Positions 12,570 to 27,104 are shown, numbered from the stretch's first letter. The stretch is DNA of 64,000 nucleotides from Protoeuglena noctilucae (GCA_958009085.1 OY253688.1:310001-374000); one strand, 5' to 3'. The notes: generated by a model from the sequence alone, not told the origin. Numbers and translations: made by a program.

Positions 12570-14597
12570 TCATGCCGTCCCCTTCCCACTCTTCCCCTTG
12601 GCTTCGCTCGGCTGGCGCTCAGCCTTCACCTGCGCCTCCTGCAGCTCCCTCTCCAGCCTCCGGTCTCCCTCCTCCTTCAGCTGCAGCAGCTCCTCCTCCC
12701 ACCCCAATTCTGCATCAATGGAACGCATCGCGCCTTCAGGCACCGACAGGCCATCCACTCGCTCGGTCATTTGACAGTGTTGGTACCGTGGCTGGGTGTA
12801 AGAGCATTCTCGAGCATGTAACAGATGAGCCACAGTCACACCTGAGCAAGCGCATTGAAACAAATAACCCCACCCACAGTCACCTCGGCACATCTCCCGC
12901 ACGCCCTCGTCGCAGTCTCCTAAGTACAGCGCGTCCCGGTAGTTGCCCTCTCCCCAGTAGAACGCGCCCCTGCGCGCCCCCTCCTCAAACGCCCGCTTTG
13001 GCATCTCGGCCACCTTCTCCTGGTTGATCAACAGACGCGGGCACTTGTCCTCCACCCTGCGGCGCCACGGACACAGGATGGGAGAGCGCGGTCGGGTATC
13101 TATCGGGTCCTACGATGTCCCGAGAGGTAGGCGAGGGTCATATCTGCAGCATCGCGGGTGATGGTAGCACCCACGTGTGACCCTCGCCGTGCACGGCCTG
13201 CTAGGTCACTGACCCGTCCCAAAGCCCGTCTCTCTCTTCTATGCTCGATTCTTGTTTCACGCAACTCCCATCCACGCCCACCCCAGGCCTCGCTCACCTC
13301 CCCACGAGCCCCGCAAAGGGGTAAACCACCAGGGACGTGCCCATGACGATAAGGAGGTCAGCCTTGGGCATGTCGACCGCCGCTAACTGGCTGAAGCGAT
13401 CGGGAAGGGACTCCCCAAAGAAGACGATCGTGGGCTTGACGAGGCCCTCGCACCGTCGGCACTTCATCGGCGTGCCCTCTCGCACTGCAGCCAGCATGTC
13501 CTCCCTTGGGTGCGCCCGGTCGCAGTCAATGCAGGCGGCACCGTCAAAATTGCCATGGGCTGCCACCAGACTGGAGGCCGGGAGGCCCGCCAAGACTTCC
13601 AAAGAGTCTGCATGGGTTAGGGTAAGACCCTGTCTGTTGCAAATAGGAATGAGGTGTGACCAGGTGGGTAAGTGTTGCATGGCGGAATGCATTTGCGCCG
13701 TCCATGGTGCATGGCAGGTAGCAATGGGGCGGCCAGGGCTGGGATGGATGCGGAAGGGAGCGTTAGAGCACAAGGCATGCGGGGCAGTGTGCGCAGGAAG
13801 CCATAAGTTTGCAAGGGCAGGGAGTCACCGATGTTCTGCGAGAAGCACCGCAGAAGGATCCCCTTGCGGTGCATCAGGCAGAGAAAGTAGTGCGACAGGG
13901 TGGGCTTGTAGCGCCCATCCGGCCACATCTCCTTGGCCAGATGGTAAAAGGCACCGGGTTTGGACCTGAAGTAGTCCAGCTCAAAGATAGCCTGGAGGTG
14001 ACGAGTTATGAAGGTCAGGGGTGATAGGCTGCTGCTCACACACAAGGTGACGACTCGCAGCCTCTATAATTGGCGCTCGCCTGGGGGTACGGCAAGTCGT
14101 ACTTCTGCAGATTATCATACAAACCCGTGCCCTTGGAGCAAAATTCGGGGATCCCCGCGTTCACGCTGATGCCCGCGCCAACCATGATCACGACCAGCTT
14201 CGCCCGGCCGTCACGTATTAACTGTGGCAGCTCAGGGTCCCCAGGTCGGTGGCCCGCTTTGCCCACGGACATGCACTCTGCAGCAAATGTGCAAGCATAT
14301 GATCACCTCCGCGATGCCCTTGACGTCGAAGCTCGACAGCAGCGGCTCAGGCGGGGGAACGCGGCCCTGCTGGTCGTCTCCAACCCTCAGGCCCCGCATG
14401 CGCGATTGCATGAGCTCCAGCGCGTGAGCCATCTCGCGTTGAAAGCCCTCGTCGTCATCCGACGACGACTCCCCCGATCCTTCGCCCCCTGGCGAGCGGC
14501 TCGCGGCACTCTGCGTTTCCGGGCCCCGGCTGCGGTCGTTGGGGACCGCAGCGACGACATCCTCGCCCGCACCGGCATCCTGCGAGTCCCTCTCCAT
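12570..14597 (-). CDS. NAD-dependent deacylase, class I sirtuin (SIRT2/Hst2-like)
   Basis: 'MVGAGISVNAGIPEFCS..TGLY', 'FSQNI|DSLE', catalytic 'AAHG', CxxC..CxxC, 'VKPTIVFFGE', 'MGTSLVVYPFAGL', 'LINQE' and 'GDCDEGV'. Confidence 0.93.
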
Positions 14598-15168
14598 CGC
14601 GGGTTTACGCCGATGTTCGCGAATAGCCGCAAGATTCCCAGCCTGCAGTGCGTTCGGCGCCACGCCCCACCAAAGGAGCCCTGCGCGTGGCAGCCTCGGA
14701 CCAGCTACCCGATGGATGGATGGTCCGATGGGCAGCGAGCCGACAACGGTGCTTTGGCTTAAAAAAAGTTTTCTCCTTTTTGGGGGCTGACACTGCTTGA
14801 CGTCAAGGAGAAAGTTTGTCCGAAATAAAGCACTTTGCGTTCACCATTTGTCAACATCAACGTTGGAAAGTGGATTGGGTCGTGCCCATCGCCATCCGCT
14901 AGCGAGCTTGTTAGGGATCGGCTAGGGATTCCGATTTCTTCGCGCTTGGAGTCCCTGTGCTGCGGATAGCGGCCTCAACGCAGCGATATCGAGCTTCTCC
15001 GCGCAAGTGACTGGGCTGGCGACGTCGCGGCTTGCGCTCTCGAGCTCTCCGAGCAGCTGGCACCCTAGCCACCCGGGCGCGCATCCCAAGCGGTCCGCGC
15101 TCGTGCCTTGATGCCGAAATGAACCTGGTATTGATCGTGCATCGACCGTCTCCGCAGGGCCGGAGAAC

Positions 15169-16679
15169 ATGGCCTGCGCGCCCGCGGTGGGGAGGGGCTG
15201 GCTCACGGCAGCGGATGGCCGGCAGGGAGTGCAGAGCCTCTTCCCTGCCCGGTGGACCCCTCGCCCGCATATATCGTGCCGGGATTGTGGCAGGGACCAG
15301 GGCCTGTCGAGCCGGGCTGGACAGGTGCGTTGCGACTCGTGCCCGAATGGTAGCCAACCTCCGCCCGTCTCGGACGCCGAGCCGCAGGCCACATGGCGCT
15401 CGTGATTGCGCGTTCCCGACTCGAAACTTACGAGGAACGCTCCCGTCGGCCTCGAGCTCCGCAGGCGCATCTGTGCGCGGCGCTGCCGGACAAGACGCTG
15501 CCGCGCATCTTGGAGATGGAGGCCCGCGACCGCATCGAGGCGCCCGTGACGCCGCGGCACGACCCCGGATGCAGTTTGGACGCGTACATGCGTCTGCCAG
15601 CCGAGATGTGAGGGAACAGACGTCTTGTATCCTCGCCCTGGAGCGACGGCCCGGGCCGCACTGCCGCCAGACGCCTGACCCCTGCCCCCACCGCAGGCTG
15701 TCGTTCATCAAGATGCCGGCCGGTGCGTCGCTGCGCCCCCTGGAAACCCCGGACCTGTTCGAACTGAAGGTGCCCGAACTGACGCTGTTCAGCATGTGGA
15801 TCCGGCCCGTGTGCACCGTGACCGTCACGCAAGAGCCCGGCCGCCTCGTCCTCGTGTCGCAAGGCGTGGACATCCGGGGATCGGATGAGCTGAACCAATT
15901 CGGGATCAACGAGAAGGTCGACTTAGACGTCAGGTGTGGGCCGCAGGGCACGCGAGGGGCGCGGGGGCGGGACCCTTGCCAATGCCTCCCTTGGTTCGAT
16001 TGGTGCTTCTCTGACGATGACAGGGTATCGAAGGGTTGCGAGTGCCTACCAAGGCTGCTTTGGGTGGCAACGCGTACCGCGTTGGCAACGTGCACCCTGC
16101 CACCCGCCCCTGGCAGGTGCGAGTTCATGTGGACAGACCCGGAGGCGCAGAGGGGAGGCAACGGGCACGGGAACGGGAAGGGGAGGAGCGGGACGCCGCC
16201 GCTGGCGTGCAACGCGCACATGCGCATGTGGCTGGATCCACCGGGCCCCTTTGCATTTCTGCCGCGTGCGGGGCTCAAGGCGGCGGGCGACGCCGCACTG
16301 TACGGGTCGCTGGTGAGCGCGCAACGCGACGCGTGTTTGATGGACGCCCGTTACTCGACCCTGAGTACTGTCACATTCGTCATGCGCTGCTCTGCCCTTT
16401 GGATGTCGTGACGCTACAGACTGGCACTGGGAGGCACCAAACGCAAAGAGGCTGGCATCTTAGTCATGTTCTCATTGTCAACCACTCTGTTTGCCCTCCC
16501 TCGCTCCGCAGAGCCTGCTGATGCGGTCGTTCGTGAACAACCTGGCGGACGATTACAGGCGGTGGGCCGTGGATGGGCACTTCCGGGACTTACGGGCCCT
16601 CGAGCTGCGCTCCATGGCCCATCCGATGCGGTCCGTGCCGGCTGGGGCAGTCGGGGTACAGTCTCAGGACTGGGACTAG
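15169..16679 (+). CDS. DUF1997-family protein (probably plastid-targeted)
   Basis: Spliced exons give 'LDAYMRLPAEM', 'FELKVPELTLFSMWIRPV', 'PPGPFAFLP..LKAAGDAAL' and 'FVNNLADDYRRWA'. Confidence 0.75.
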
Positions 16680-16915
16680 GCGAGGGCTCCCTATGATGAT
16701 ATCAGTATCCATATCATCAGCGCCACAGCCAATCCATGGCCAATGGATTGAATCGCCTGGGACAGAAAGCAACGTGTCAGACGTAGGCAATGGCACCCCA
16801 GTCGACGTCTGTTCCCTCATGACGAGGCACCCAGCTACTGTTGCAGGAAACTGAAGCAAAACGAAGCACCCCAAGTGTGAAGTAGAGCATAGTAGAGCAT
16901 ACCAAGCGATCGAGA

Positions 16916-19900
16916 TCAACAAGTGCCGACCAATGTCTCGGGAACGGCGCCTTGCTCAGCGTCCTTGAGGCCTTCGTCCTCGGGCCCTCGGCCCTCCCCA
17001 TCCACGTCGCTCCCTGCGCCCCCTTCGCCATGCCTCGCTTCCGCATAGCCCTCTTCCTCCGCATCCTGCTCCCACGTCACGTCCAGCGCAGCCGGGGCCT
17101 GCACCACCACCCCACCGTCCATGAACACCGTCGCTGCAACCGCATCCTCCACCATCTCATCAACCTCGCCATGAGGATTGACCTGGGAAGAACGCCAAGC
17201 GAGGCACAATTTAACCCAAGTGGGCATGACGAGGTACCTTAGCTGGCCTGGAGCTCTCTGCTATGGGCGTTCCGAACAAGCAAGCAGCCGCTGCACCCTC
17301 TGAGGGTGGGACGACACGAGGTGCTACCCAGGTGCTACCCACCCTCACCTGTGGCGCCCAGGGTCCCTGCGTGGCGAACTGGGGCAGGCTGCGGAGGTAC
17401 ATCTCCTCCCGCACCGCAGCTGCCTCCAGGCGCGCGGCCGAGGCGTCGTGCACGAAGCTCCCTGCCCCGGCAAAGCGCTTCGGAGACTGCGGGGGGCAGC
17501 GGGCAGCTCATGATGGCAACACCTCACCCAGCAATTGGCCAGCAATCATGCACCGTTTGGTCGTCTTTGAGGCATCGAGTCCCTTCCAGGGTGGTGAGGT
17601 AAAGGGTGACCCTGAAATCGGCTTAGCCCTCACATCTCCACCCCGGCACTCGCCTTGGACCGCACAGGCGCGACGTGTGCTTCCTCCATCGCTGCGGCAT
17701 CGGAGAAGTAAATGCCAGGAGATAGACGGTCGACGCGGACCTTAGCACGTTGCGACGACCCCGTCGCCTTGCTGCCACGGAAACGCTGATGGTCCGCAAA
17801 CGCGGCCCCGGAAGGAGCCGTCGTTGCAAACGCCCTGCCAGGCCCAGCCGCGGCCGAGAAGCCCACGTCCGGCACGCTATCGGGGAGCATGTCTAGGAGC
17901 GCCCGCGAAGGCTCCAGAGCCAATCCCAGGGGCCGGGCGTCCAGGGGAAGCCGTGGCTGCACGATGGCGACCACGACCCCGTCATGTGAGCCCGTAGCCC
18001 TGTGCCCGCCGGGCAGCAGGCCCGAGGAGTCCCGAAGTTCCCGTGGGGCGCTGCCGCTGGCGCCTTGGGTGTGGATGTGCCGTGGGGAGGGTGGCTGCCC
18101 GCCAGCGACCCCAGGCGCGTCGGGAGACGCCTGCCGCCTGCCGACGTGCAAGCTCGGCCGTGGGGGCATCGCTGTGTGCACGACCGTGGGTGCCAGCGCG
18201 TGCACTGCACCCTCCCGCCGGTCCCCATATGTCCCTGTGTCCCTACCCACACGACCCTCGCTCTGTGACTGAGGCAGCTGGTGCGGCCCAGGGCCACCCA
18301 CGGCACCCTCACTTGCGGATGCCACCAAAGCGGCCCGGCCCGGGCTGTCCAGAGCCCTGGGGCTCCCCGGGCTAGTAGGGCTGTCGCCGCCGGGAGAGGG
18401 ATGTCGGCGGAGGCTGTCGCGGGCGCGGGTGGCGACGGAGATCGGCGGGAGGGCCCCACTCGTCCATATGCTCCCCTTCACCTCGCCCACGACCGTCCCC
18501 TGCACTCGCACCTTCTCTGAGGGCTGCCGGGGAGGCAGGGGGGCCTGCCGGTCACCGGGGGACTGCGTCTGGCTATCCCACTGCACCTCCACCTCCAGCC
18601 AAGGCTTGCTGGGGGGCCCCCACAGCGCCGCCCTGGCCGCGGTCGCCTCGGCGCGTCCCATGTCGCTGGGCTTAGGCGCCCCGCCTGGGGAGCTGGCCTC
18701 TCCCGGCGCTCCGCTGGTGTTGGTAAAGGTCATGGGACTTGCGTTGGCCGGTCGGAACCCCCACGGCCACTCGGCTGGCGCGTGGGGGTTTGGGGCGCCT
18801 GACGCGGCGACCTCGCCGATGCGGCCCCTGCCGTCTTCCGGCACAGCCTCCAGGCCCTGCGTCAGCCGCTCGTAGAAACGCGAGGCCCGGGGGTCCGTGT
18901 CGAAGTCGAGGCTGTCTGTGCGCCGGTGCCTGCGAGACACGGATGCAGGGTCATCTTATGCTCTGACCATGCGCCATCACAGACGACAAGGAGTTATGCT
19001 TGGAAGACGACGTCTCGCCCAAGCAAACTGACATGACAGAGGACTAGATCATAGTTTACTGCTCAAAAAAGCGCAGTAAGATCATGCAAGGAGTAAGGCT
19101 GCGCTATGCGTGATGAAAGGGGCCACTCATTTCATAACGCACTCGTGTCCTTTCCGCACCTTTGCTTGGCGACCCTCCCGGCTGACGCAGGGGCGCTGGG
19201 CGGCGCTGCCGGTCCTGACGTGCCCCGCGCGTGTTTCGCTCCCTGCGCCGGCGAGCCCCTGTGAGGCGGCCCACGGTGCAGGGACACTGAGACGGGCGGA
19301 GCTCCGGTGACAAAGATGGGAGCGGCGGAGAGGACAGATGCCACACCGCCCCGGTTTGCCGTGGTTCCGAAGACAGGGCCATCCCCTTCCGCCTCCACTG
19401 CTGACCGCTCTCTCCCCGGTCGGCGTAGGGGACGAAACGAGGCTCGACGACTCTCCAGCCGCCTCCGGTTCCTTAGATTGCGCACTCAGATGCAGGGCCG
19501 CGCCCGCGCTGGCCTGAGAGCCCTGCTCAAGCCTCGTCAGCGTCGTGATGTGAAGCGCCCGCCGTCGCGGCGACGTTGCATGGCTGCCGTCCTCCGTGGT
19601 ACCCTCAGCGGCACCTGGTGACAGCCCAGGGGCCAGCAAAGGGGCCCGGCCCCGCACCGCCACGCCTGCGGCACGCTCGCCCGACATCCGCTCTGCGCAG
19701 TCGCCTCGCTCCGCTAAGCCCTCGCGGCCCGGCTCCCGCGCCCGCCCCGGCTTGGGAAGAAACGCCACTCGCTCGGCTGGCTCCCCTGGCAGCGAGGCCT
19801 CCCTGGATGAGCCCCCCTGCATCACTTCCGCCACCAGTGCTGAGTTGAAGCCGTGGTCCGTGATCACGGGCGGCAGGCTCGCCATGCGTCCTGGGCCATT

Positions 19901-22900
19901 CCTGCTTACAGGCCCCGCCACCACACCCTTGCCGCTGCCGCCCCCCGTGACGGTGACCCACCCGTCGGAGGCCTCCGTGGGCCTGGCAGACGGCGCTGCG
20001 AGGGACTTGGAGCCCCTCAGTGGCCCGGGTGCAGTGGCCTGCCCGGGGGGAGAGGCCCGCACCGGCTGGCCCCCACTCACAGCATGGCTCAATGCCTGAG
20101 CGCGGCCCGGACTGATCGCCGGGAGCGCGTCAGGCGGCTGCATGGACGTAGACACCTGCACCGGCGTCGCCACCGCGCCGTCCGCGCCAGACCCCGCCCT
20201 TTCTGCGTGGGCCGCGGCCTTGCTGCCAAACGTCAGCGTACGCACCAGGCCCGTCCGCGCACGGGCCTTAGGAGACCCCTGCGCGTGGTCGTCCACCCTC
20301 CCAGGCTGCCCCGGAGCCCTGCCCGGCTCCATCGCCGGCGACAGCACCAGCCCCGGACCCAGCCCCACCGCATGTGACGCCCGCGCCCGTGCCCCTTGCA
20401 CGCCCCCAGCACGTGCGCCCGACTCCTTGCCTGCAAGCGCGCTCGCCCTCGCCGTGCCTGCCAGACCCTGACCGAGCCCAGCTTCCCTGCCCTGCGGCCC
20501 AGGCCCTGCACCCGCCCCATCCTCCCCCACATCCCCAATGGACTGCGTCAGCCAGCCACCCAGAGGCTCATCCTCTCCCTCCACTACCGTCTCCATGCTA
20601 GCCTTGGTGCTCTCTCCACGCCTCCGGCTACGTGCGGTGGATGCAGCCCCGGCGTTGCGCCCGTGAGCCATTGGAGGCCCTATCGAGTGCCCCTGCAACA
20701 CGGACTCGTCCAAGTGCGCTGCATCGTCCGAACCGGATCCGTCGCCACGCCTGCGACTCTTTACCCTCTCCCGCGCAGTCCCCGACCCCCGCAGGCCACC
20801 ACCACCACTGTCCGCACCCTCCGCCCACGCCCCACCCGCCCCTTCTCCAGCCACCTCAGGTCCCCCAGTGCCCCTCGTATCGGGAGATGCGTCCTTCCCG
20901 CCTCGCTGCTGGCGGTAAGGCCCCGATATGATCACGCCACCGCCGGTGGAGGACGCGTGTGCGATGCCCAGGTCCCGGCCCACAGCGGCCCCCGGCATGG
21001 GCGCAGCGGCCGACGCTGCGTGCAGCAGGACGCGGCCGTCGCAGTCCGCGCCCCGGGCTGGCGCGCTGACGGCGCTGGGGATGCCCTGGGCGGCATGCGC
21101 GCCCGACATGCCCCGGGTGTGGGGATCCGTTCCTAATTCCCGTGGACGGTCCGGCGAAGCATCGCGCAAGCCGCCATCCCGTCTCCGGCCGTGCGTCGAC
21201 CGGGCGGCCCCCTGCCCAGCTGCTCGCCCCACAGCGTCGTCTGCAAAACCAATGGAAACGATCGCCACTGTGCCTGCCTCCCATTGTTGCTGATCTGAGC
21301 CCTCGCGGTCCACCGAAGGGCGGGTGGACATCACGTGGACCGCACGAGAGCGGGGGGCCTGCGCGCTTGGAGCATGTGCGGTCGGCGCGTGCGCGGTAGG
21401 TGCGTGCGCGGGGGTCATCTCAGGCGCCGGCTCAAAGTCGGGGTCGTCGGGACGCAGCCCAGAGCGCAGGATCTTGACCCCGTCGATCTGCGCGCAATGG
21501 CAGTTGCAGTTGACGGTCATGCTAAGCCTACCAATGCCATGACACAGGGCACGGTAGCAACGTATGACCCACTGCTGCCCAGCCATTGATTACGCCCTCA
21601 CCACGACGTAGTGCTTGTCGTTCATGTCTCGCCGCAGCGCTCCCGCCGCCCCCGCCACGTTCTTGACCAGCCGCGCACGGGGGAAGAACAGGTACATGTC
21701 TTTTTGACGCTGGCGCCAGTGCATCTCCTTGGACATGCGGTCCCGCCGCTCGGCGTCCATCTGAGCGCAGCAGGCGTCGATTAGCATCCGGCACAGTCCC
21801 TACTCGTGGCTAGCACGTTGAATGACACTCGCGTGCAGCCCGCTGGGATCCCAGAGACCGACGACCATGCAGACACCCTGCACCGTCTAGCTCAAAGACA
21901 TAACCCTCATGAGTCACGAGCATCCCCCGCTCTCACCATGGCCTTCATGTAAGCCTCCCGCTTGGCCGTCTCGATCGCCTGCAGTCGGTCCATCTCCCTC
22001 GTGCGAGCCAAGAGCTGGCGGAACCACTTGCGAGTGAGGTACCCCTTCCACGCTGCCTGGACGCGCGCTGCGGCGCGCTCCATCGCCAGCATCCGGAACA
22101 CCTGCTCCTTCGCCGTATTGTCCTCGATGTGACGAAGCTTCTCGCGAAGCATGCGCTGCGGGAAGGAAGGCGGATGAGGTCATGGATGGGGTGGCTGTGA
22201 GGTGTAGGTCTATAGCAGGCACCGCCACGTTTTACAGATGCGCTTGGCAACCGCCGGGCCCCCTCCCAGTGCCCTGCTTGCCACGCTCAACGCCCCCACA
22301 ACCCCAGCTGCACCGCCCACGACGTCGTATCCCACGGCACTGACAGCACTTACTTTGGCCTCTTTCTCCACTTGGCGCTTCTCCAGCATCCTCTTCTTCA
22401 TGAACGTCGTCGACTCGTCACCCATCACGTCGTCCGCAATCCTCAGAGGGGCGCGGGGGCGCAGGGCCGGGCCTGCAGCGGCTCAGGGACCCCGTTGATG
22501 CGACACGACCCGCGAGCTGGGCCTAAGATCCCTGCGCCGGCCACAGGCTACTCACTGGGCACGCCGAAGTCGAACGCCTCCTCGACCACCTCAAACCGCG
22601 ACATGTCGACCGTGACGCCCGGGGGAAGGCCCTCCACCCGACGCATGGACGGGGACAGGAAGACGCCGCGTTTGGGACTCGCGTCTTGTGCGCGCAGGTT
22701 CGGGGCCTCGGAGACGCCCTGGGCGGCGATGCTGGGCATGCGTGAGACGTGGGATCCGCCCGGTTGGGGCGCTTGCCGCTGGGAGGGCGACCGGGAAAGC
22801 GAGCCCGCGTCCGGCGCCTCCGCCACCCCGTCCTCGGCCTCGTCCTCCGCCGCGTGCGTCCCCGCGCGGCTCTGGGCGCGGCTCACTTCGTCCTCTGCGT

Positions 22901-23434
22901 TCGGCTCACAGGGCGGCGAGCTAGCTCAGGACTACGCAGCGCAGCAGCGTCCCGGCTCCATGGCCACACGCAAGCACCGCACCACTTGGTTCCGCCATGT
23001 TTACGTCGCTCGTCCGCCCACCCGGCGACCGCGGCAGGCGCGCGAGGGTGGAGGGCGACGTGGCCATCGACCGGTCGAAGCCATGACGCCGCGCTCCGCC
23101 GGCCTCGTACTTCTCTAGCATGGCCATCACCGGCTTGAAGTCCTCTAGTGCCGACTGGTCGATCATCTCTGCGACGCAGGGACGGCTCGGCTCGGCACGG
23201 GGACGATGAAGGGCGAAGTGCTGCTGAAACCCTGCAAAGCGCTTCAGCTCGCTCACCAAGCAGCGCCAGGGCTTCCAGCGTCTCGTGAAACTTTAGGCTG
23301 TCAATGAACATGCTGTTGATGGCCGCGTTCGTCGTCACGCGGCGTGTGGACGCGCTTTCAAGCGAAGCCATACTTGGCCCCGCGCCGCCGCGCGGGGGCC
23401 CCGGCCCGTCCAGCTCAACGTCCGTCTCCATCAT
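16916..23434 (-). CDS. Large IQ-motif protein with long low-complexity exons; gene model uncertain
   Basis: IQ motif 'AAARVQAAWKGYLTRKWF' (~22020-22075), many coding-like exons with GT-AG borders, and 819-aa and 436-aa ORFs. Confidence 0.55.
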
Positions 23435-23968
23435 CAGGACTGTACAGTCACGGCGAAGATGCTAGCCTGTAGCAGGAGGGGCCGAGATCGATAGGCATGT
23501 CTCGACAGCACGCGTGAAAGCTGTCTATGGCGACCAAAGGCGCGTGTTTCTCGCACCGCTCACCGTCCTTGCGACGAGCATCCGCTACACGCTGCGCATG
23601 TCCTCGAACCAATCTCCCTCAGCGACACACAGCGACAGCAAGGGGCGCGAGCCCTTGCTCACGCAGCAACGCACCAAGCGAGGCCTGGCGATGGATTTCA
23701 TGAGCCCATGTGACGACAGCTGCGAACGCATGGACATGTCAAGCTCTCTTGCGGGCATGACGTGCAGCGCGCGTCAGACATGCAGCTGTCAGGGCAACGC
23801 TCGCTCGTCCATTAATTGCTCGGGCGACGCTGCATGCCTCATTCGCCCCTCATTCGCGCAGCGGTCGCCGATACAAGCACCCATTCGTCCCCACCAGTTC
23901 GCGCTGTCAAGTTCGATCCATACAGGGCTGAGGACAGCGCCAGGGAGCACAAGAACTTTGTTTAGATC

Positions 23969-24604
23969 ATGGAGATGGCTGGGGAGCTGCCGCCTGGGGC
24001 CCAAGGTCGGTAGACGCGCGAGCAGCGCGCGCTCCAAAACAAGCAGGCGGTTCTCTGTGTCACGACGTCGCGCGGCATCGGGACGGCCGTGCGCCTTGCT
24101 ACACAGCTCCACATGTACATGAAAAATGTCATGATGCGGGGCGTGGGCCACTCTGCCGGCGAAGAACGACAGGGCCCATCATGTCGCGCAGGGGGGGGGC
24201 TCCCGACCCAGGAGCAGATGCGGGAGGAGGCGGAGAAGCGGCAGGCGGCGGAGGAGCAGAAGCAGAGTGTGCTGGCGGCGGTGATGGATCCGCAGGCGAA
24301 GGCGAGACGCCGTGCTTGGATCCGCCCCGTGCATTGATAAAATGCGTCCCTTTCCTGCCGACTACGCCCTCTCCGTTAGCCGCAGGAGCGCCTGAACCGC
24401 GTGGCGCTGGTGAAGCCGGACGTCGCGGCCAAGATCGAGGCTATGATCCTCGGGGCCGTGCAGCGGGGCGCGCTTCCGGGAAAGGTGTCGGAGCAGCAGG
24501 TCATCTCGATGCTGGAGAAGGTGGGCAGAGGCGGTGCTTCCTCGGGGCCTAAGATCACGTTTATGCGGCGGAAGGGGTTCGACGAGGAGGACGACGACTT
24601 GTAG
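23969..24604 (+). CDS. PDCD5: PDCD5-family DNA-binding protein, 3 exons
   Basis: 'EEQKQSVLAAVMDPQAK|ERLNRVALVKPDVAAKIEAMIL...KVSEQQVISMLE...ITFMRRKGFDEEDDDL'. Confidence 0.9.
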
Positions 24605-24665
24605 CATGCATGTCACGCGGCACAGGCACGGGCGGGCGTTGAAGGCTCCTCTGCTGACTAGGAAA

Positions 24666-27104
24666 TCAGAAGCATCCATCGACGCCACAGACGCCGTCAA
24701 TGTCGTCCCCGAAGGCCGGGATGACCCACTTGTCGCCCAGATGCGCCGTATAATTGAGGCACCGTACCACACCAGGACGGTCCACCCCGTCAGGGAACTC
24801 AATTATGGTGACGCCGCCGGTGTCGACTCTGCGGGGACAGGCGCCACGAAGCGTTGCAAATCTCTTCATCCCTTGCAGCCGACGCGTGAAAAGCGTCGGA
24901 CACTCCGCATGCGTCACAAAGCTCACCTGAGCTGGGCGATGCTCTCTGGGTTCAAACCGAGGCATCGGCATACGACGCCCGTGATGACGGGCGAGTGCGT
25001 GACCGCCACCACGTCCCGCCCCCCGTCCCGCCCCGCGCTCTCCAACAGCGCGTCCCAGGCCCGGCCCACGCGGGGCCAGAACTGCCACATGGGCTCCATA
25101 TCTGGTGCAGGGCCCTCGTCAGACACCTGCATCGCAACAGACACGATGTTGTACATGAGTCAGATGCCTGCAGCGGAGCCACACTAGTGGAGTGGGGTGA
25201 CGTGCCGCGACACAAGCACAGGCGCCCTGCCCATCTCGGCACGCGTGACGCCGACGGAACCCGCGCCATCTCGCCTGCGCCCACGGCCGCCCCTCCCATG
25301 ACCCCAGGCCTCGGTTGCGCAGCGTCTCTTCGTGCACCACCTCGATCTCGGCAGGCCCATGGTGGCCCTGCCCAGCCTGGATCGCAGCACTTGTCGAGAC
25401 GCACTGCTCCGAGTCGCACGTGTGAACCGCCCGCACCGGTAAGTCCGCCAGCAAAGCACGCACCCGGGCGGCCTGCGCGACGCCCGTCTGCAAAAGGGAC
25501 AAAGGACACCAACATTACATGACGACTGTTTCCGCCCTGTAGAGGCGCTTTCAACTATGTCTGGAATGCCAGGGGACACTCTCACCTCGGAGCACGGCTC
25601 AGTGCGGGTGCCCATGACGAGGCCGCGCTCGTTGCCGGCCGTCGCCGCGTGCCGTACCAGCACCACCCGCGCAATGGACTTGCGCCCCGCGCTCCCCGGC
25701 TTGAACGGCGGGTCGGGGGACTGATTCAGCCTCTGCAGCACGACGCTGGGCGGTGCGGACGGGTCCTCGCTCGGCGTGAACTCCAGCACTGGGGACGAAC
25801 GGGGCGTGTCTCTGAAAACGACTGTTTCTCATGCGCAGAGGTGGTTGCGCGACCGCTCTCCTCGCACACTCACCCGAATACGCGGCGTTGCTCTGCAGGA
25901 GTCTCCGGAACATGTGGGGCCCCATGCCCAGCGCCGTGCAGATGAGGGCCTGGTTGACGGCGTTGTGCGCCACGACGCCCACGTTCCGCTCCTCCGCGGG
26001 GCCTCCGAGCACGCGCTGCCACGCCAGCGACGCCCTGGTGAGCAGAGAATGGGAGGCGACACGTGTGCTGCCACAACAGCCACCGGAACCATTCGCACCC
26101 TTCCCATCGATGTTCTGCTCCCTCACCGGTACCACAGCTCCCTCACGGGCGCGCGGCCTCCCAGCATGAAGTCGTGTGGCGCCTTCTGCCATTGCAGATA
26201 CTCTGCCCCAAAGCGGTCCTTGCCCTCGGCCTTGACCAGGCCTTGGAAGTCATACAGGTCGATCTCGCGCAGCTGCGCCAGGGTCAAACGCGAGAGTGTT
26301 CGACTTCGACACAGAGCTACGCAAACAACTGGCCAGTGTCTCCGCACGGCGGGCAGCTCGCCTGGGGCAGCACCTCCGTGGGGTACGTGGCTCGCGCACC
26401 CAGGCTTTCGCGGATGATGTCGGCTGTCTCCCGCGCGCGCGCCAGCGGAGACACGAAGACACGATCGAAACGCTCGGTCCTGCGCGCACCGGGGGACGAG
26501 GTCCACGCCGCGCCTCGCTCCGGTCAAAAGCGAAGTTGCCATGCATTCCGCGCGCCTCACTGGAGCATCTCGCCGGAAACCGCTGCTTGCGTCTTGCCCT
26601 TCTCAGAAAGCACGGATATGTCGGAGCTCCCCTGGATGATCCCCGCCGCGTTCCACGTGCTCTGCCCGTGCCGGACCAGCACGACGCGCTTCGGGTGCTT
26701 GATCGCTGCGGAGAAAGCGCGAGGCCTTTCGTCAGCGCTGTGGGTCGCCCGATCCTATCCGTCGACATCGCAGCCGGAGGCGCACCTGGCAAAGGGATGG
26801 GCGGCCGGTCCTGGCGGTCCCCGAGTGCCTCGAACTCATCCGTGCCCGTCCAGGCGTAGGGCACCACTTCCGCGACGTCCGGCCGCGCCGTGCGTGCTAC
26901 CCACGATCGCCGACTCTTGGGCCGCTGGAAGTCGCAAAGGCACCGAGCAGCCTCTCGCGCGCCCTGCCTCCCAGCGCTGAGCCATGCATCGGCGTGACGC
27001 TGGAGGCGCGATGGAGCCCCAAAGCCCTCCACCCTCTCCTCACGACCACCCAGTCGCACTTCTGCCCCCGAGCGGCAGCAGCTGGGCCTGCTGAGCGCGG
27101 CCAT
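24666..27104 (-). CDS. Two-domain histidine phosphatase, 2-carboxy-D-arabinitol-1-phosphatase-like
   Basis: First PGM domain 'KRVVLVRHGQSTWNAAGIIQGSSD', 'LREIDLYDFQGL', 'VVAHNAVNQAL'. Second domain 'RVVLVRH...VAVTH'. Transit-peptide-like N-terminus. Confidence 0.85.
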
